This document shows positions 1 to 9,216 of a stretch of 64,000 bases of DNA, piece by piece (the first letter of the stretch is position 1; every line of letters starts with the position of its first letter). The DNA is from a virus: positions 77,030 to 141,029 of IMG/VR virus record IMGVR_UViG_3300037470_000856; one strand, written 5' to 3'. The notes beneath the pieces were generated by a model, which searched no databases, was not told the DNA's origin, and was given only the letters and a program-made list of their open reading frames with translations. The position numbers and the translations under genes are program-made.

Positions 1-111
1 GGATGCCGAGCTTCCTGAGTTCAGCCTCCTGCTCCGTCGTGAGCAACACGGCCGCCATCACCATCGGTCCGAGCACGGGACCGCGACCGGCCTCGTCGAT
101 GCCAATCAACC

Positions 112-363
112 TCATCGCCTGGGCACCCCTGCCTCCGCCATGCACGCGGGGCAGACGATGCCGTCCTTGTTGCAGCGTCCGATCTCAATGCGCTTCTGGA
201 GGTCAGCGAGCCCCTTCCAGACGTGCCCTCTTCTGCGCGCGAGCTCAACCTCGAACTCCTCCGTCGGGATGCTCGAGAGATTGATCCCGAACGCGTCTCC
301 TCGCTCCCTCTGGCGCTCGATGGCCCGTCGCGCCGCGGTGTAACTCTTCCCTGTCTCGGTCAT
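112..363 (-). CDS. small hypothetical protein with C-terminal Cys pair (start uncertain)
   Basis: 3' part of ORF 112..942: [16 protein letters not shown]...[11 protein letters not shown]; upstream KFKKVVRVR suggests the true start may lie slightly further upstream. Confidence 0.45.
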   Translation of the reverse strand: MTETGKSYTAARRAIERQRERGDAFGINLSSIPTEEFEVELARRRGHVWKGLADLQKRIEIGRCNKDGIVCPACMAEAGVPRR

Positions 364-803
364 CCGGACACGGACGACTTTCTTGAATTTCCCACGTCTT
401 CCCTCTTCCTCCGCGCCAACGTGTCTCTCAGGTTCTCGATCCCGAGCGCAAATTCGTCTCCCTCGACGAGACGCCTCAGCGCCACGGTGACGTGATCGCG
501 CAGCAGCGTGCGGATCTCGGGGTTGTTCAGCACGTCCTTGAGCGGGGAGGAGAAGCGGGGCTGCGGGACGAACACAGAGACGCACGCGAGATGCGGCACG
601 TCGGCGAACCCCGCGGCCCTCACCGCTTCCCGGACGCCGAGGACGTGGGACCCGGAGCGCGTGCGCACCGTGTTGCCCCAGGAGAAGAAGGTCTCGCCGT
701 CGCCCATCTCTTGGCCGGTGTGCCACTGGAACGCGACGTCGAAGGAGAGACCACCCTGATTGACGCGGAGACGGAAGGGTCGTGGAGAATCTATTCGGCC
801 CAC
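360..803 (-). CDS. stand-alone GyrB/ParE transducer-domain-like protein (fragment)
   Basis: FDVAFQW...FFSWGNTVRTRSGSHVLGVREA...CVSVFVPQPRFSSPLKDVLNNPEIR resembles the GyrB transducer (VALQW..SFANNIRT.GGTH..G...ISV.VP.PQF...K.KL.N.E.R); GTG at 803 is in frame. Confidence 0.6.
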   Translation of the reverse strand: MGRIDSPRPFRLRVNQGGLSFDVAFQWHTGQEMGDGETFFSWGNTVRTRSGSHVLGVREAVRAAGFADVPHLACVSVFVPQPRFSSPLKDVLNNPEIRTLLRDHVTVALRRLVEGDEFALGIENLRDTLARRKREDVGNSRKSSVSG

Positions 804-1085
804 CGAGCCTTCGGATCTCGATGTGGGTTGGCCACAGAGGCCGGGCGCCAGTCCGGGTCCACACGGGCGAATCGCTCGTGCTCTCGGGAGAACTCTCCGA
901 GGCGCTCGGCGATCTCGTCCTGGGACATGTCCTGCGCGGCATCGTGTCCGATGACGATGTTGATGTGGAGGGACCGCAGCCATCCCCGGAGCATCTCGAT
1001 GCCAGCCAAGTGGTTTCTATCGGGTTTCTCCGCGTCGAGGCGAATTTTGCGGAGTTCGAAAAGAGGGTCTTGGTTCGGGCTCACC
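791..1085 (-). CDS. hypothetical protein
   Basis: protein-like 3' part of ORF 791..1255 (VSPNQDPLFELRKIRL...), fits between neighbours. Confidence 0.5.
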
Positions 1086-1097
1086 TGCGTACTACTC

Positions 1098-1563
1098 CTA
1101 CAGGGTTGTGCCCGCATCGGCGTCGAGGAGCGCCTTGCGGAGCATGTCGAGGTTCGGGGCCTCGGTCTCGATCTTGAGTGCAGGCGTGTACCAACCCACC
1201 CGGAACGGACGCTCAAGTTCGTGCGGCACATGGATGACGACGTCGGAGTCTCCAAGACCCAGGAGTACTATCGTGTCCACGAGCCCCTTCTCCATCGCTG
1301 CGGCCGCCACCTCGGCATGATCGTCTTCCGCCAGGAAACGGAACACCTCTTCCAACTCGCGGTCTTCACGAATGATGGTGTCGTGGGTGTGGTCCCAAAC
1401 CCCGTGCTCGCCGTCGAACCAGAAGATCTCCGGGGAGCTCGAGAAAGAGGCACCTCGGATCGTCGCGACGACTTCTTCGAGATGCTTCCGGTACTCTCCG
1501 CGGACACGCTCGGATTCCTTGAGATCGGAGAGGGCCTTATCTCGGAGTTCCGCCAGTTTCATG
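1098..1563 (-). CDS. hypothetical protein (start approximate)
   Basis: MKLAELRDKALSDL... portion of ORF 1098..1955. Confidence 0.55.
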
Positions 1564-1579
1564 GGTAGCCTCATGCGTT

Positions 1580-1955
1580 CTACTCTCTGAAGAAGCTTGG
1601 CCGTCGAGGGCCTCTGAGTGTAGGGGTCGATGCCTCGAGCCGCAGCCAGAGAGCAAAGCCATGCCGCTGCCCGGCGCGATTTTTTCGATCCCGGATGCGG
1701 GTCAACATCACCCGGTCCGTCACAAGGCCCTTGCGCCACGCGAGCAGCTCCTCGGGCGGCAGGTACCCGTGCCTCGTCGCCGCGGTCACCCCGAAGTAGA
1801 TCAATCCCGAGCCCTCCTTGGACGGCCCAAGAGTAGGTCCATGTGACGTCCTCGACGGTGAGTTCGGGCACCTCCTTGTGGAACTTGGCCATGATGTGTG
1901 CCACCAACTCCGGGTGATGCTCCACGACTTGCTTGGGTTTCAGGTGGCGTTCCAT
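1580..1955 (-). pseudogene. hypothetical protein with apparent frameshift near 1805
   Basis: MERHLKPKQ...WAVQGGLG in one frame continues plausibly as LIYFGVTAATRHGYLPPEELLAW in the 1580..1804 frame. Confidence 0.35.
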
Positions 1956-1958
1956 CGC

Positions 1959-2354
1959 TCAATCCGTGAACGTCCCATCAGGACCAATGCCCAACGCTCC
2001 CCCAAGGCTCTTCGTGCCCGGAGCCTGATGAGAGATCGAGCGGGCCTCCACGGTGCCCAGGAGTTGACGGACACCCTTCTTCCACTCCTCGACGTCGTCC
2101 CAGTCCAGCGACTTCCCATCGTAGGACAGGAGTCGTTTCAGGGCGACTATCCCAGCCGTCAAGTCCAGCGCCAAGTCCCCGGGCCAGATGCCCTGATACC
2201 CGAGGCGTTGCAGCAGGTCGGCGCAGGCGAACACCTCCACCGTGAAATCCGACCGGAGACCTTTGCGAACTTTCGCAACGACGTCCTGGAGAGCCTCCGC
2301 ATAGAACTCCTGGCCCATGTCGCTCTCGACGGGATGGTAACCCCAAGCACCCAT
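1959..2354 (-). CDS. DUF4259-like hypothetical protein
   Basis: N-terminal MGAWGY..ESD motif typical of the DUF4259 family. Confidence 0.5.
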   Translation of the reverse strand: MGAWGYHPVESDMGQEFYAEALQDVVAKVRKGLRSDFTVEVFACADLLQRLGYQGIWPGDLALDLTAGIVALKRLLSYDGKSLDWDDVEEWKKGVRQLLGTVEARSISHQAPGTKSLGGALGIGPDGTFTD

Positions 2355-2576
2355 AGCAGCACCCTACCTGGCTGGCGGCTTCAGGGCCACTCCGAACAGG
2401 CGACGACCTCCGGCTTGGTCGCGTCGCGTGCCATGTCCCAGAGGAGCCGCTTCGCCCCGGTGCCGTCGTCCTGGATGTGGATCCCGGCAGCCTCCGACTG
2501 GTCTTCCTTGAGTTTCGTGACCGTCACGCTCCTTCTACTCCGAGCTCAACGCGTTGCTACCGCCGCAGGCGCCGGC

Positions 2577-3113
2577 TCAGCCCTCTTCCGAGATCGCGTG
2601 GAGAAGCTGCGAGCAGACCTGGACCCACTGGCGCATCTTCTTGAAGTGATCCTTCGATCCCTCGTCCTTCGGCATGCGCACCGAGGTCTGGATGCCGGGG
2701 CGCACCGGGTCGTCGAGAGGCAGGTCCCGAGGCACCTCCACGATCGTGCACGTCAGGATCTCGCCCTCGGGATGCTCGCTGGAGACGCGAACCTGGGCAG
2801 CGCGGAACGTGCCGTGCAGCTCCTTCTTCGATGGGTTCCCGTGGCGGTCGAAGCGGAAGCACTCCGCGAGGTCCTCGCCGACCGGCCGCCAAGCACCCAC
2901 GATGCGCCCCGCATCGGCCACGACCACGATTGGCCTTTCGAGGCGAGGGAGCGCAGGCTCGTCCGGCATCCACTTGTCCACGTCGTGCAGGTACAGCACC
3001 TCCGCGACGAAGCCGTGGGTGACGTCGGCGATGACGCTGAGAGAGTCGATCAGCGTCTCCTGCGAGATGCCGGGCATCTTGCCGGCCATGAAGTCTCCGA
3101 GTGTGAAGGACAT
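2577..3113 (-). CDS. hypothetical protein
   Basis: MSFTLGDFMAGKMPG..., ATG preceded by AGGAGG. Confidence 0.6.
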   Translation of the reverse strand: MSFTLGDFMAGKMPGISQETLIDSLSVIADVTHGFVAEVLYLHDVDKWMPDEPALPRLERPIVVVADAGRIVGAWRPVGEDLAECFRFDRHGNPSKKELHGTFRAAQVRVSSEHPEGEILTCTIVEVPRDLPLDDPVRPGIQTSVRMPKDEGSKDHFKKMRQWVQVCSQLLHAISEEG

Positions 3114-3355
3114 GTCCCTCCTTTTACACCTTCGTCGGTCCGCGATCCTACGGCTTGCGGAACACCAGGATGGGCTCTCGTGCCTGGTCCTGCGACCGGT
3201 TGAGAGACGAGGTGGGTCGGTGGCGGTGCAATGGCGGTGACCCCGAGACGACCACTGATCCCACCGGTTCGCCACAGCCTCAAACCCCATCTCGACCGTA
3301 GGTCTGCTCGTCCCGCTCCGCGCTCCACGGACAGACGCCAGTAGCCGCGATCCTC

Positions 3356-5872
3356 CTACGGCTGATCATCGAGCATGGGGTCGGGCTTGCGGAAATCTTG
3401 GACTGACCCCACCTCACCGCGACGCAGCAGTTTCTCCCGACGCCGGTGCTCCTCGTGACAGAACTTCCCGCTGTTCTGCTTGCTGTAGTCCACGAACTCC
3501 CGGCCACAGTGACGGTACGCGCACGTCTTCGTGCGACGTCGAAACTCGTCGGCCTCCATCATCTCGACGCGGCATTTGGGGCAGTGCTTCGGACGCCCTC
3601 CCGTCAAGGACACCTTGAAGTCTTGGCCGCAGCTTTCGTTCTGGCAGGTGAACACACGATGGTCTTTCCGAGGATGCCTCCTCCGCTGCGCCCTACGTCG
3701 TGCTCGAGTAGCACAGGATTCGCCACAGAACCGGTTGTTCGTCCGCGACGCGTGGAACTGGCGCGTGCACCCTTCGCACACCTTCACGATCTCCTTCTGT
3801 GGGCGCTCTGGCAAAGGCATCACTACCTCGACAGGCTCGCGGAACTCCTGCTCCTCGGCGAGGGCCCCGCGTCTGCACCACACCAAGACCCACTCGCAAT
3901 TATCAGCCTTCACCGGCGACGGCATCGCGTACCGTATGCGTTCCGGTTGCCCGAGACCGAGTTCGATGCCGATGGCGGCGGTGTCTTCCACGAGGTTGTA
4001 CTTCACACCCCGGTAGATGAAATCGTCCACGTTCAGCACGAGCCAGCCCCCTGGCGCCAAGGTACGCACGGCACGCTCCACCACAACCTTCCAGAACCGC
4101 TCAAGCCATACCTCGTAGGTCCCATAGCGCGCGCTCGACTGCGTGTTCTCGTCGGCGTAGTGCTCCTGTTTCCAGTACGGAGGCGATGTGAGCACCATGT
4201 CAACGCCGGGGGGAGGCTCAAACTCTTCGGCAGCCACGCAGCTCAGCTCGACGCGCTTTTCAGATCCCGGCACGTAACGATCCACCCACCGCGCGAGCTC
4301 GTGCAGCCCTTGGAACGATTTCGTGCTCGGCTCGCAGGCGATGTACCGTGCCTTGGCCGAGGAGGTGAGCGCCCCGAGCATGCGCCCTCCCCATCCCCCG
4401 CACGGGTCGAACACGGTGCCCCCCTCGGGGCAGTAACGGTCCACGAGGACCTTCGCCACCGAGGGTCGGAAGTTGTAGACGCCCGACAGCCGGTAGCGGA
4501 GCCCTCTGCGAACGCCGGCCGCGTTGGGGACTTGTCCACGCTCAAGCACCCCCTCAAGGACACGGCGCAGCTCTGTGTCGTCGTCGAACATGGCCTTCGG
4601 ACTGACGCGGCTCCCCGCGTTGTGGGCGTCCCAGATGTGAGGCATGAACGCCTGGCAGCTAGACTGACCCACCTGCCGCGCCTTGAGGGTGTCTCTTTGC
4701 AGGATGTGGCCGAGTTCAAGACGCGCGAGGGTAGACAAGTCCTCTGGCCGTGCGACGTGATAGGGGAACCCGGCACCTCTCCAGAAAGCGAGCAGATCAT
4801 CAACTAGCTGATTGTCACCCTTCGCCCATGCCTTGCAGCGCTCGCGAAGTTCCTTCGGCAGCGATATCCTCTCGCTGGTCTGGATCTTCGGAAGCGGCCG
4901 CACTTCCTTCGGCCAGAATCGTTCCGGGAGCTTGTGCAGCATGTCGGGGGTGATATGCGGAGCGACTATCTCGAACAGGCGCCTTGCTGAGGCGGCTCGA
5001 ATTTTGACCATCTTGCAGGTGGGATGGTGAGTAGTGACGTAGATCCTCAGGTTGAATCGCCTTCCCAGACCCTCCGCAATCTCCTGTGCTTGCTCTTCCG
5101 AAAAGTCCCCCACAGCGAAAGCCGGGATGCCGCCGTCCTCCAAGGTTCCATCATCGAAATACCAGAACGCCAAGGACCTCTCCGTCAGAGACTCGATGAT
5201 CGAGGGCAGGAATACTTTCTCGCCGTTCGGATAGAGCAGCCGCCGCATCGCTTTAAGCCAGACGTGCTGGTCTGTGCGGAACCCGAAGCCGGCCCGTACC
5301 TCACCGGAGTCGTGCATCTGCTTCTCCTCGTAGAACATGGGGCGCGAAATCGGGGACAAAATGTCGTGGACGTGCTTGAGGTAGGCGTGCGTGACCTTGA
5401 AAATCCCTCGCTCAAGCAGATGCCCGTCGCCCAGCATCGACCCGATGATGACCTCCTTCTGCTCTTCGGTGAGCTCAACGACCGACGTTGACCGCTCCGT
5501 CTTACTGATCGCCTCGATGCCCCACAGTTTCCGGAGCCGTTGGATCGCGGACTTTTTGACGCCGTAGTGCTTGGCGATTTGGCGCTCGCCCATACGGCTG
5601 TAGAGGTCCCGCAGGATGGCGGGCGTCACGTCGTCGAGAGACGGCCCAGCATGGCCCTCCTGCCGTTCCCTCCTCTGTCGCGGGGTGATGGGGCCGATGC
5701 CCCAACGCTTCCTCAAGCGCGCCACAGCAACGTCGCTGAACGCCGTCTCAAGGCCAAGGTCAGCGGCCACCTTCGCCGCGATCTGCGCGTCGGTCAGCAG
5801 ATCCTCTTTGTAAAGGCGCCGCAGTTTCATCTCATCCAGGGCCTTGGAGAGCATCCCGTATTTGGTGGCCAT
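3356..5872 (-). CDS. HTH + LAGLIDADG endonuclease + amino-DNA methyltransferase + Zn-ribbon fusion
   Basis: VIIGSMLGDGHL and LAFWYFDDG (LAGLIDADG_2 motifs); NFRPSVAK, VFDPCGGWGGR (SAM binding), TSPPYW (N4C/N6A catalytic motif); several CxxC pairs at the C-terminus. Confidence 0.85.
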   Translation of the reverse strand: MATKYGMLSKALDEMKLRRLYKEDLLTDAQIAAKVAADLGLETAFSDVAVARLRKRWGIGPITPRQRRERQEGHAGPSLDDVTPAILRDLYSRMGERQIAKHYGVKKSAIQRLRKLWGIEAISKTERSTSVVELTEEQKEVIIGSMLGDGHLLERGIFKVTHAYLKHVHDILSPISRPMFYEEKQMHDSGEVRAGFGFRTDQHVWLKAMRRLLYPNGEKVFLPSIIESLTERSLAFWYFDDGTLEDGGIPAFAVGDFSEEQAQEIAEGLGRRFNLRIYVTTHHPTCKMVKIRAASARRLFEIVAPHITPDMLHKLPERFWPKEVRPLPKIQTSERISLPKELRERCKAWAKGDNQLVDDLLAFWRGAGFPYHVARPEDLSTLARLELGHILQRDTLKARQVGQSSCQAFMPHIWDAHNAGSRVSPKAMFDDDTELRRVLEGVLERGQVPNAAGVRRGLRYRLSGVYNFRPSVAKVLVDRYCPEGGTVFDPCGGWGGRMLGALTSSAKARYIACEPSTKSFQGLHELARWVDRYVPGSEKRVELSCVAAEEFEPPPGVDMVLTSPPYWKQEHYADENTQSSARYGTYEVWLERFWKVVVERAVRTLAPGGWLVLNVDDFIYRGVKYNLVEDTAAIGIELGLGQPERIRYAMPSPVKADNCEWVLVWCRRGALAEEQEFREPVEVVMPLPERPQKEIVKVCEGCTRQFHASRTNNRFCGESCATRARRRAQRRRHPRKDHRVFTCQNESCGQDFKVSLTGGRPKHCPKCRVEMMEADEFRRRTKTCAYRHCGREFVDYSKQNSGKFCHEEHRRREKLLRRGEVGSVQDFRKPDPMLDDQP

Positions 5873-5938
5873 ACTCGGGATACTACCGAACCCATGCCCG
5901 AACGTCCAGACTAACGGATGAGTCCAACCGTAGACGTA

Positions 5939-5973
5939 GAAAAGGCCACTCCGGCGAACCGGAGCGACCTTCT
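5939..5973 (-). terminator. intrinsic terminator after the major capsid gene
   Basis: minus strand AAGGTCGCTCCGG-TTCG-CCGGAGTGGCCTT-TTC hairpin with UUCG loop just 3' of the MCP stop. Confidence 0.7.
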
Positions 5974-5990
5974 CAGATCAGTCGCTATTC

Positions 5991-6866
5991 CTAGCGAGTG
6001 ACCGTCAGGCGCGTCAACCCACGTGGGTTGTAGGCCCCAATGCCAAGGTTCTCGAACACACTGAAGCCAATGGTTCTAGCCTTCGGATCGTCGGCAGACA
6101 GAACGGTCAGCTCCGTCCTGACCGGGATCCTCCCGAACATCTCGGGTTCGCAACACACGTACACGGTGCCCGCGGGCACGATGCGGCTCGTGATGACCTG
6201 GGAACCCCAGAGGGTGGCCTGGAGGCCGGTCTTGAGCAGTGTCGCCTGGCTCTCGATGTCCAGGATGTCCCGACCGAACTTGCGGATGTCGGCGTAGTCC
6301 CGAGCGTTCAGGTACACGCGCGCGACCCGGAGGTCGTGGCGCTCGATGAGCGCGAAGGCATCGGCCAGCACCGCACCGGAGATCGGAGCGACCACCGGGA
6401 TGTCGGGGTTGGTTCCACCGGGGATCGAGTCGAACCCGTTGGTGGCGATGGCATCCAGAACGGCGAACACTCGCTCGTCCTCGGCGGCCTGGATCTGCGC
6501 TCGCGCGAGGTTCTGGGCACGCTCGATGAGGTCGAAGCGGCGCTCCTTGATCTGGGTGAGGGGAATCTCCGGGTTCGAGGCGATCTCGAACAGCGGGAAG
6601 ATCACGCGACGCGGCTTGGTGACCGCGATGATGTTCTCGCCCTCTTCGCCGACCACGAACGCGGTGACGTCGGGGTCTTTGTCGTAGATGGGCAGAGCAC
6701 CGTCGGGGAGTTGCTCGACCAGGAAGGTCTTGCGTCCCACCGAGGTGTAGTCTCGCCGAGTACGGAGAGGCTGCGTCAGCGACGCGGCCAGCTTGGCACG
6801 ACCCGCGGGGGTCTTGATGTACTCGGAGATGAGTCTTTGCTTCACAGCGTTGGAAACACCGGTCAT
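5991..6866 (-). CDS. major capsid protein, HK97 fold (Bxz1/encapsulin-like type)
   Basis: LAASLTQPLRTRRDY..VGRKTFLVEQLPDGALPIYD...FEIASNPEI...AQIQAAEDERVF; strong RBS AAAGGAGAAG before ATG 6866; follows protease and scaffold. Confidence 0.85.
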   Translation of the reverse strand: MTGVSNAVKQRLISEYIKTPAGRAKLAASLTQPLRTRRDYTSVGRKTFLVEQLPDGALPIYDKDPDVTAFVVGEEGENIIAVTKPRRVIFPLFEIASNPEIPLTQIKERRFDLIERAQNLARAQIQAAEDERVFAVLDAIATNGFDSIPGGTNPDIPVVAPISGAVLADAFALIERHDLRVARVYLNARDYADIRKFGRDILDIESQATLLKTGLQATLWGSQVITSRIVPAGTVYVCCEPEMFGRIPVRTELTVLSADDPKARTIGFSVFENLGIGAYNPRGLTRLTVTR

Positions 6867-6882
6867 TGTCTCTTCTCCTTTC

Positions 6883-7542
6883 CTAGACGCGCTGGTCGTA
6901 GACCAACTCGAACTGCTCCGAGTCGGGCGGCATCTTGAGGATGCCCAGCAGGGTGGAGGCCGCCGCACCGTTTGCGACCTGGGACGTGATCGTCGCGATG
7001 TCGAGGGACACCGCGGCGCCGGTTTGGGTGGTGACACGCATCATCAGGTAGCCGTTGCGCGAAGCGACGAGTTCCTGACCGGCCGTGTAGATGAGGTCGT
7101 CGCCCGCGGCGAGCGGAGCGGCGGCGGCCAACGCCTGCGTCTCGAAGAGTTGGTTCCCGTAGGTTCCCTGGGCGGACACGTAGGTGTTTTTGCCCGAGGC
7201 GGGTCCCGGCTGGTTCTCGAACGCGTTCCCGACAGCCGTGTTCACGAACACGCCGAGAGGCTGGATGAGGATGTTGTCGGGGGCGCCCGGCTCGACCGGA
7301 CCTCCGATGAAGTTCGACCCTTGGTCGGGTCGGGTGAAGGCGACGCTGCCGCTCAGGACACCGAGCACTCCGGTGTTGGTCTGAGTGGAAATCGTGCCTG
7401 CGGTGGTGACGATGGGCGGGTTGGTCTGAGTGAAGCCATCCGCCGTCAGAACGCCGGTGGCGTTCCTGATCCCTACGTGCAAAAGACGCAGGGCAGCGGA
7501 GCTCTCGGTCCACCCACCACTCGCCTGTCCAAGCATCGGCAT
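6883..7542 (-). CDS. putative capsid decoration/cement protein
   Basis: Gly/Ala/Thr-rich 219 aa directly upstream of MCP, AAGGAG RBS. Confidence 0.6.
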   Translation of the reverse strand: MPMLGQASGGWTESSAALRLLHVGIRNATGVLTADGFTQTNPPIVTTAGTISTQTNTGVLGVLSGSVAFTRPDQGSNFIGGPVEPGAPDNILIQPLGVFVNTAVGNAFENQPGPASGKNTYVSAQGTYGNQLFETQALAAAAPLAAGDDLIYTAGQELVASRNGYLMMRVTTQTGAAVSLDIATITSQVANGAAASTLLGILKMPPDSEQFELVYDQRV

Positions 7543-7655
7543 TTGCTGTTGCTCCTTGTTTACTGGCTGAGTGAGGTGGGGTTCGTGTCGGCGGACCTGG
7601 GAATCAGAGTCACTTCACGCTACCGGCCCGAACCATTCACATATAGGCGCCCTGG

Positions 7656-7670
7656 ATAGGGGCTTTACCG
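7656..7670 (-). promoter_or_regulatory. putative late promoter motif CGGT-AAAGCCC-CTAT
   Basis: matches YGGT-N7-YTAT seen at four other minus-strand structural gene starts. Confidence 0.55.
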
Positions 7671-7713
7671 AGGTCGAAGGGGCTTATAGGGAAACTAAAA
7701 ACCCCTTCGACCT
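7671..7713. repeat. 12-bp inverted repeat AGGTCGAAGGGG / CCCCTTCGACCT
   Basis: perfect inverted repeat between the scaffold stop and the putative late promoter. Confidence 0.7.
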
Positions 7714-7728
7714 GGAGGGGCCGTTCGA

Positions 7729-9189
7729 CTAGCGCGAGCGGGGGAGTCCGAAGACCTCGGCGACGTCGGGAGCGGTGTCCCAGATCTTGCCGAGCTCGGC
7801 GATCTCATCGTGGGCAGCCTTGGGCATGCCCGCGACGTTGCCAAGCGACTTGGCGCCGGCGGAGGCGGCCTTGGGCTGCGGGCGCAGCTTGGGGGCGCCG
7901 GCCTTCTTGCCGCCCTTCTTCTCGTCGGAGCCGAAGTCGAAGTCGTCCTTCTCGGCCTTCTCGTCGGTGCCGGCGTCGGCGTCCTCGGGCTCCTCCTTGG
8001 ACTCCTCCTCCATCTCCTCTTCCTCGCCGCCCTTCTTGGCGGTCTTCGGGAGGTCGAGGTCGGCGTAGAGCGCGAGCAACTCGTCGTCGGCGGAGGCTTC
8101 CTTGTCGGACTCCATGAGGCCCATCGGGTCGGTGCCCGCGGTGATCTCGATGTCGTTCTCGGTCGGGTCGCCCTCGCCGGCCTTCTTCTCCGAGCCGTTG
8201 CTCTGTGCGACGACGGGGGTGTGTGCGGCGGGATCGGGGTTGACGTTGCCGCCCTCGCCCGACTGGATATCCGCGCCCTTGGCGAGGGGATCCCGGTTGT
8301 CCTCGGCCTTCTTGCCGGCCATGACGGACATCTCCTCGTCCATCTCCTCGAGCATGGCGCGGAGCATAGCCTCTTCCTCCTCTTCCTCCTCTTCCTCCTC
8401 CATGGCGCCCTTCTCGCCGGAGTAGCTGTAGTCGGCCTTGTTCTGGTCGACGCCGTCGCCGTCCATGTCCTCGGCCATGAGGTAGGCCATGAGTTCCTTG
8501 TCGCTCATGCCCTCGTCCTCGTCGTCGTCGGCGCCAAAGAAGTGGCCCATCGCCTTGACGATGCGGCCAAGCGCGCCATCGATCTTGTCGAGGCGGGCGG
8601 TCATCTCGTGAGCGGCCTTCTTGCCGCCCTCGTCGAAGAGTTTGGTGCCCTCCGACTCCTCGCCCTTCTCGAAGTCCTTCTCGAAGTCCTTGTCGTCGTC
8701 AGCATCCTCGCCGGCGAGGACGGAGAAGGTCTCCATCGCCGCCTTGAGTTTGGCGTCGTCGAGGTCCATGAGCCGCACGGCGCGGTCCTCGACCGCGCTG
8801 ACCAAGGCGTTGGGCAGCATGGCCGACGCGAGGCGGACGCACAGTGCGGCGCGCTGCTCGGCGAGCTGCTTGAGGGATGCCTGCTTGCCGCCACCCTCCG
8901 CCATCGCCTGCTCGGGCTTCTTCTGGAATTCCGAAGTGGCGGGATGGTCGAGTTTCTCCGTCGTCAGGTTGCCGGGCATCGCCGGAGACGGAGACTCGGG
9001 CTCCATCGGCTTGTGGAGGTCTTCCGCCCACGAGATAGTGTCGCCGTTCTCGTACTTGTCGGCGTCGGGATCAGGGTAATAGGCTGGGGACGCAGGGCCT
9101 TCGGTGCGGTCCACCGCAGGCATCTGCGGAGGCGGCGAAGCCTTCTTGCCCTGCTCGGCCAGTTTTCGGGTGAGTCGTTGACGTGCCAT
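7729..9189 (-). CDS. putative capsid scaffolding protein
   Basis: 486 aa, very acidic and low complexity, between protease and MCP; many KKA/KQA/KTA/KEA sites. Confidence 0.65.
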   Translation of the reverse strand: MARQRLTRKLAEQGKKASPPPQMPAVDRTEGPASPAYYPDPDADKYENGDTISWAEDLHKPMEPESPSPAMPGNLTTEKLDHPATSEFQKKPEQAMAEGGGKQASLKQLAEQRAALCVRLASAMLPNALVSAVEDRAVRLMDLDDAKLKAAMETFSVLAGEDADDDKDFEKDFEKGEESEGTKLFDEGGKKAAHEMTARLDKIDGALGRIVKAMGHFFGADDDEDEGMSDKELMAYLMAEDMDGDGVDQNKADYSYSGEKGAMEEEEEEEEEEAMLRAMLEEMDEEMSVMAGKKAEDNRDPLAKGADIQSGEGGNVNPDPAAHTPVVAQSNGSEKKAGEGDPTENDIEITAGTDPMGLMESDKEASADDELLALYADLDLPKTAKKGGEEEEMEEESKEEPEDADAGTDEKAEKDDFDFGSDEKKGGKKAGAPKLRPQPKAASAGAKSLGNVAGMPKAAHDEIAELGKIWDTAPDVAEVFGLPRSR

Positions 9190-9216
9190 CGTGGTTTCTC
9201 CTCTTGGTGTGCCTGG

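Noticed and set aside
5991-6866. Encapsulin nanocompartment operon
   Set aside because: Terminase, portal, protease and scaffold are present, so this is a phage head module
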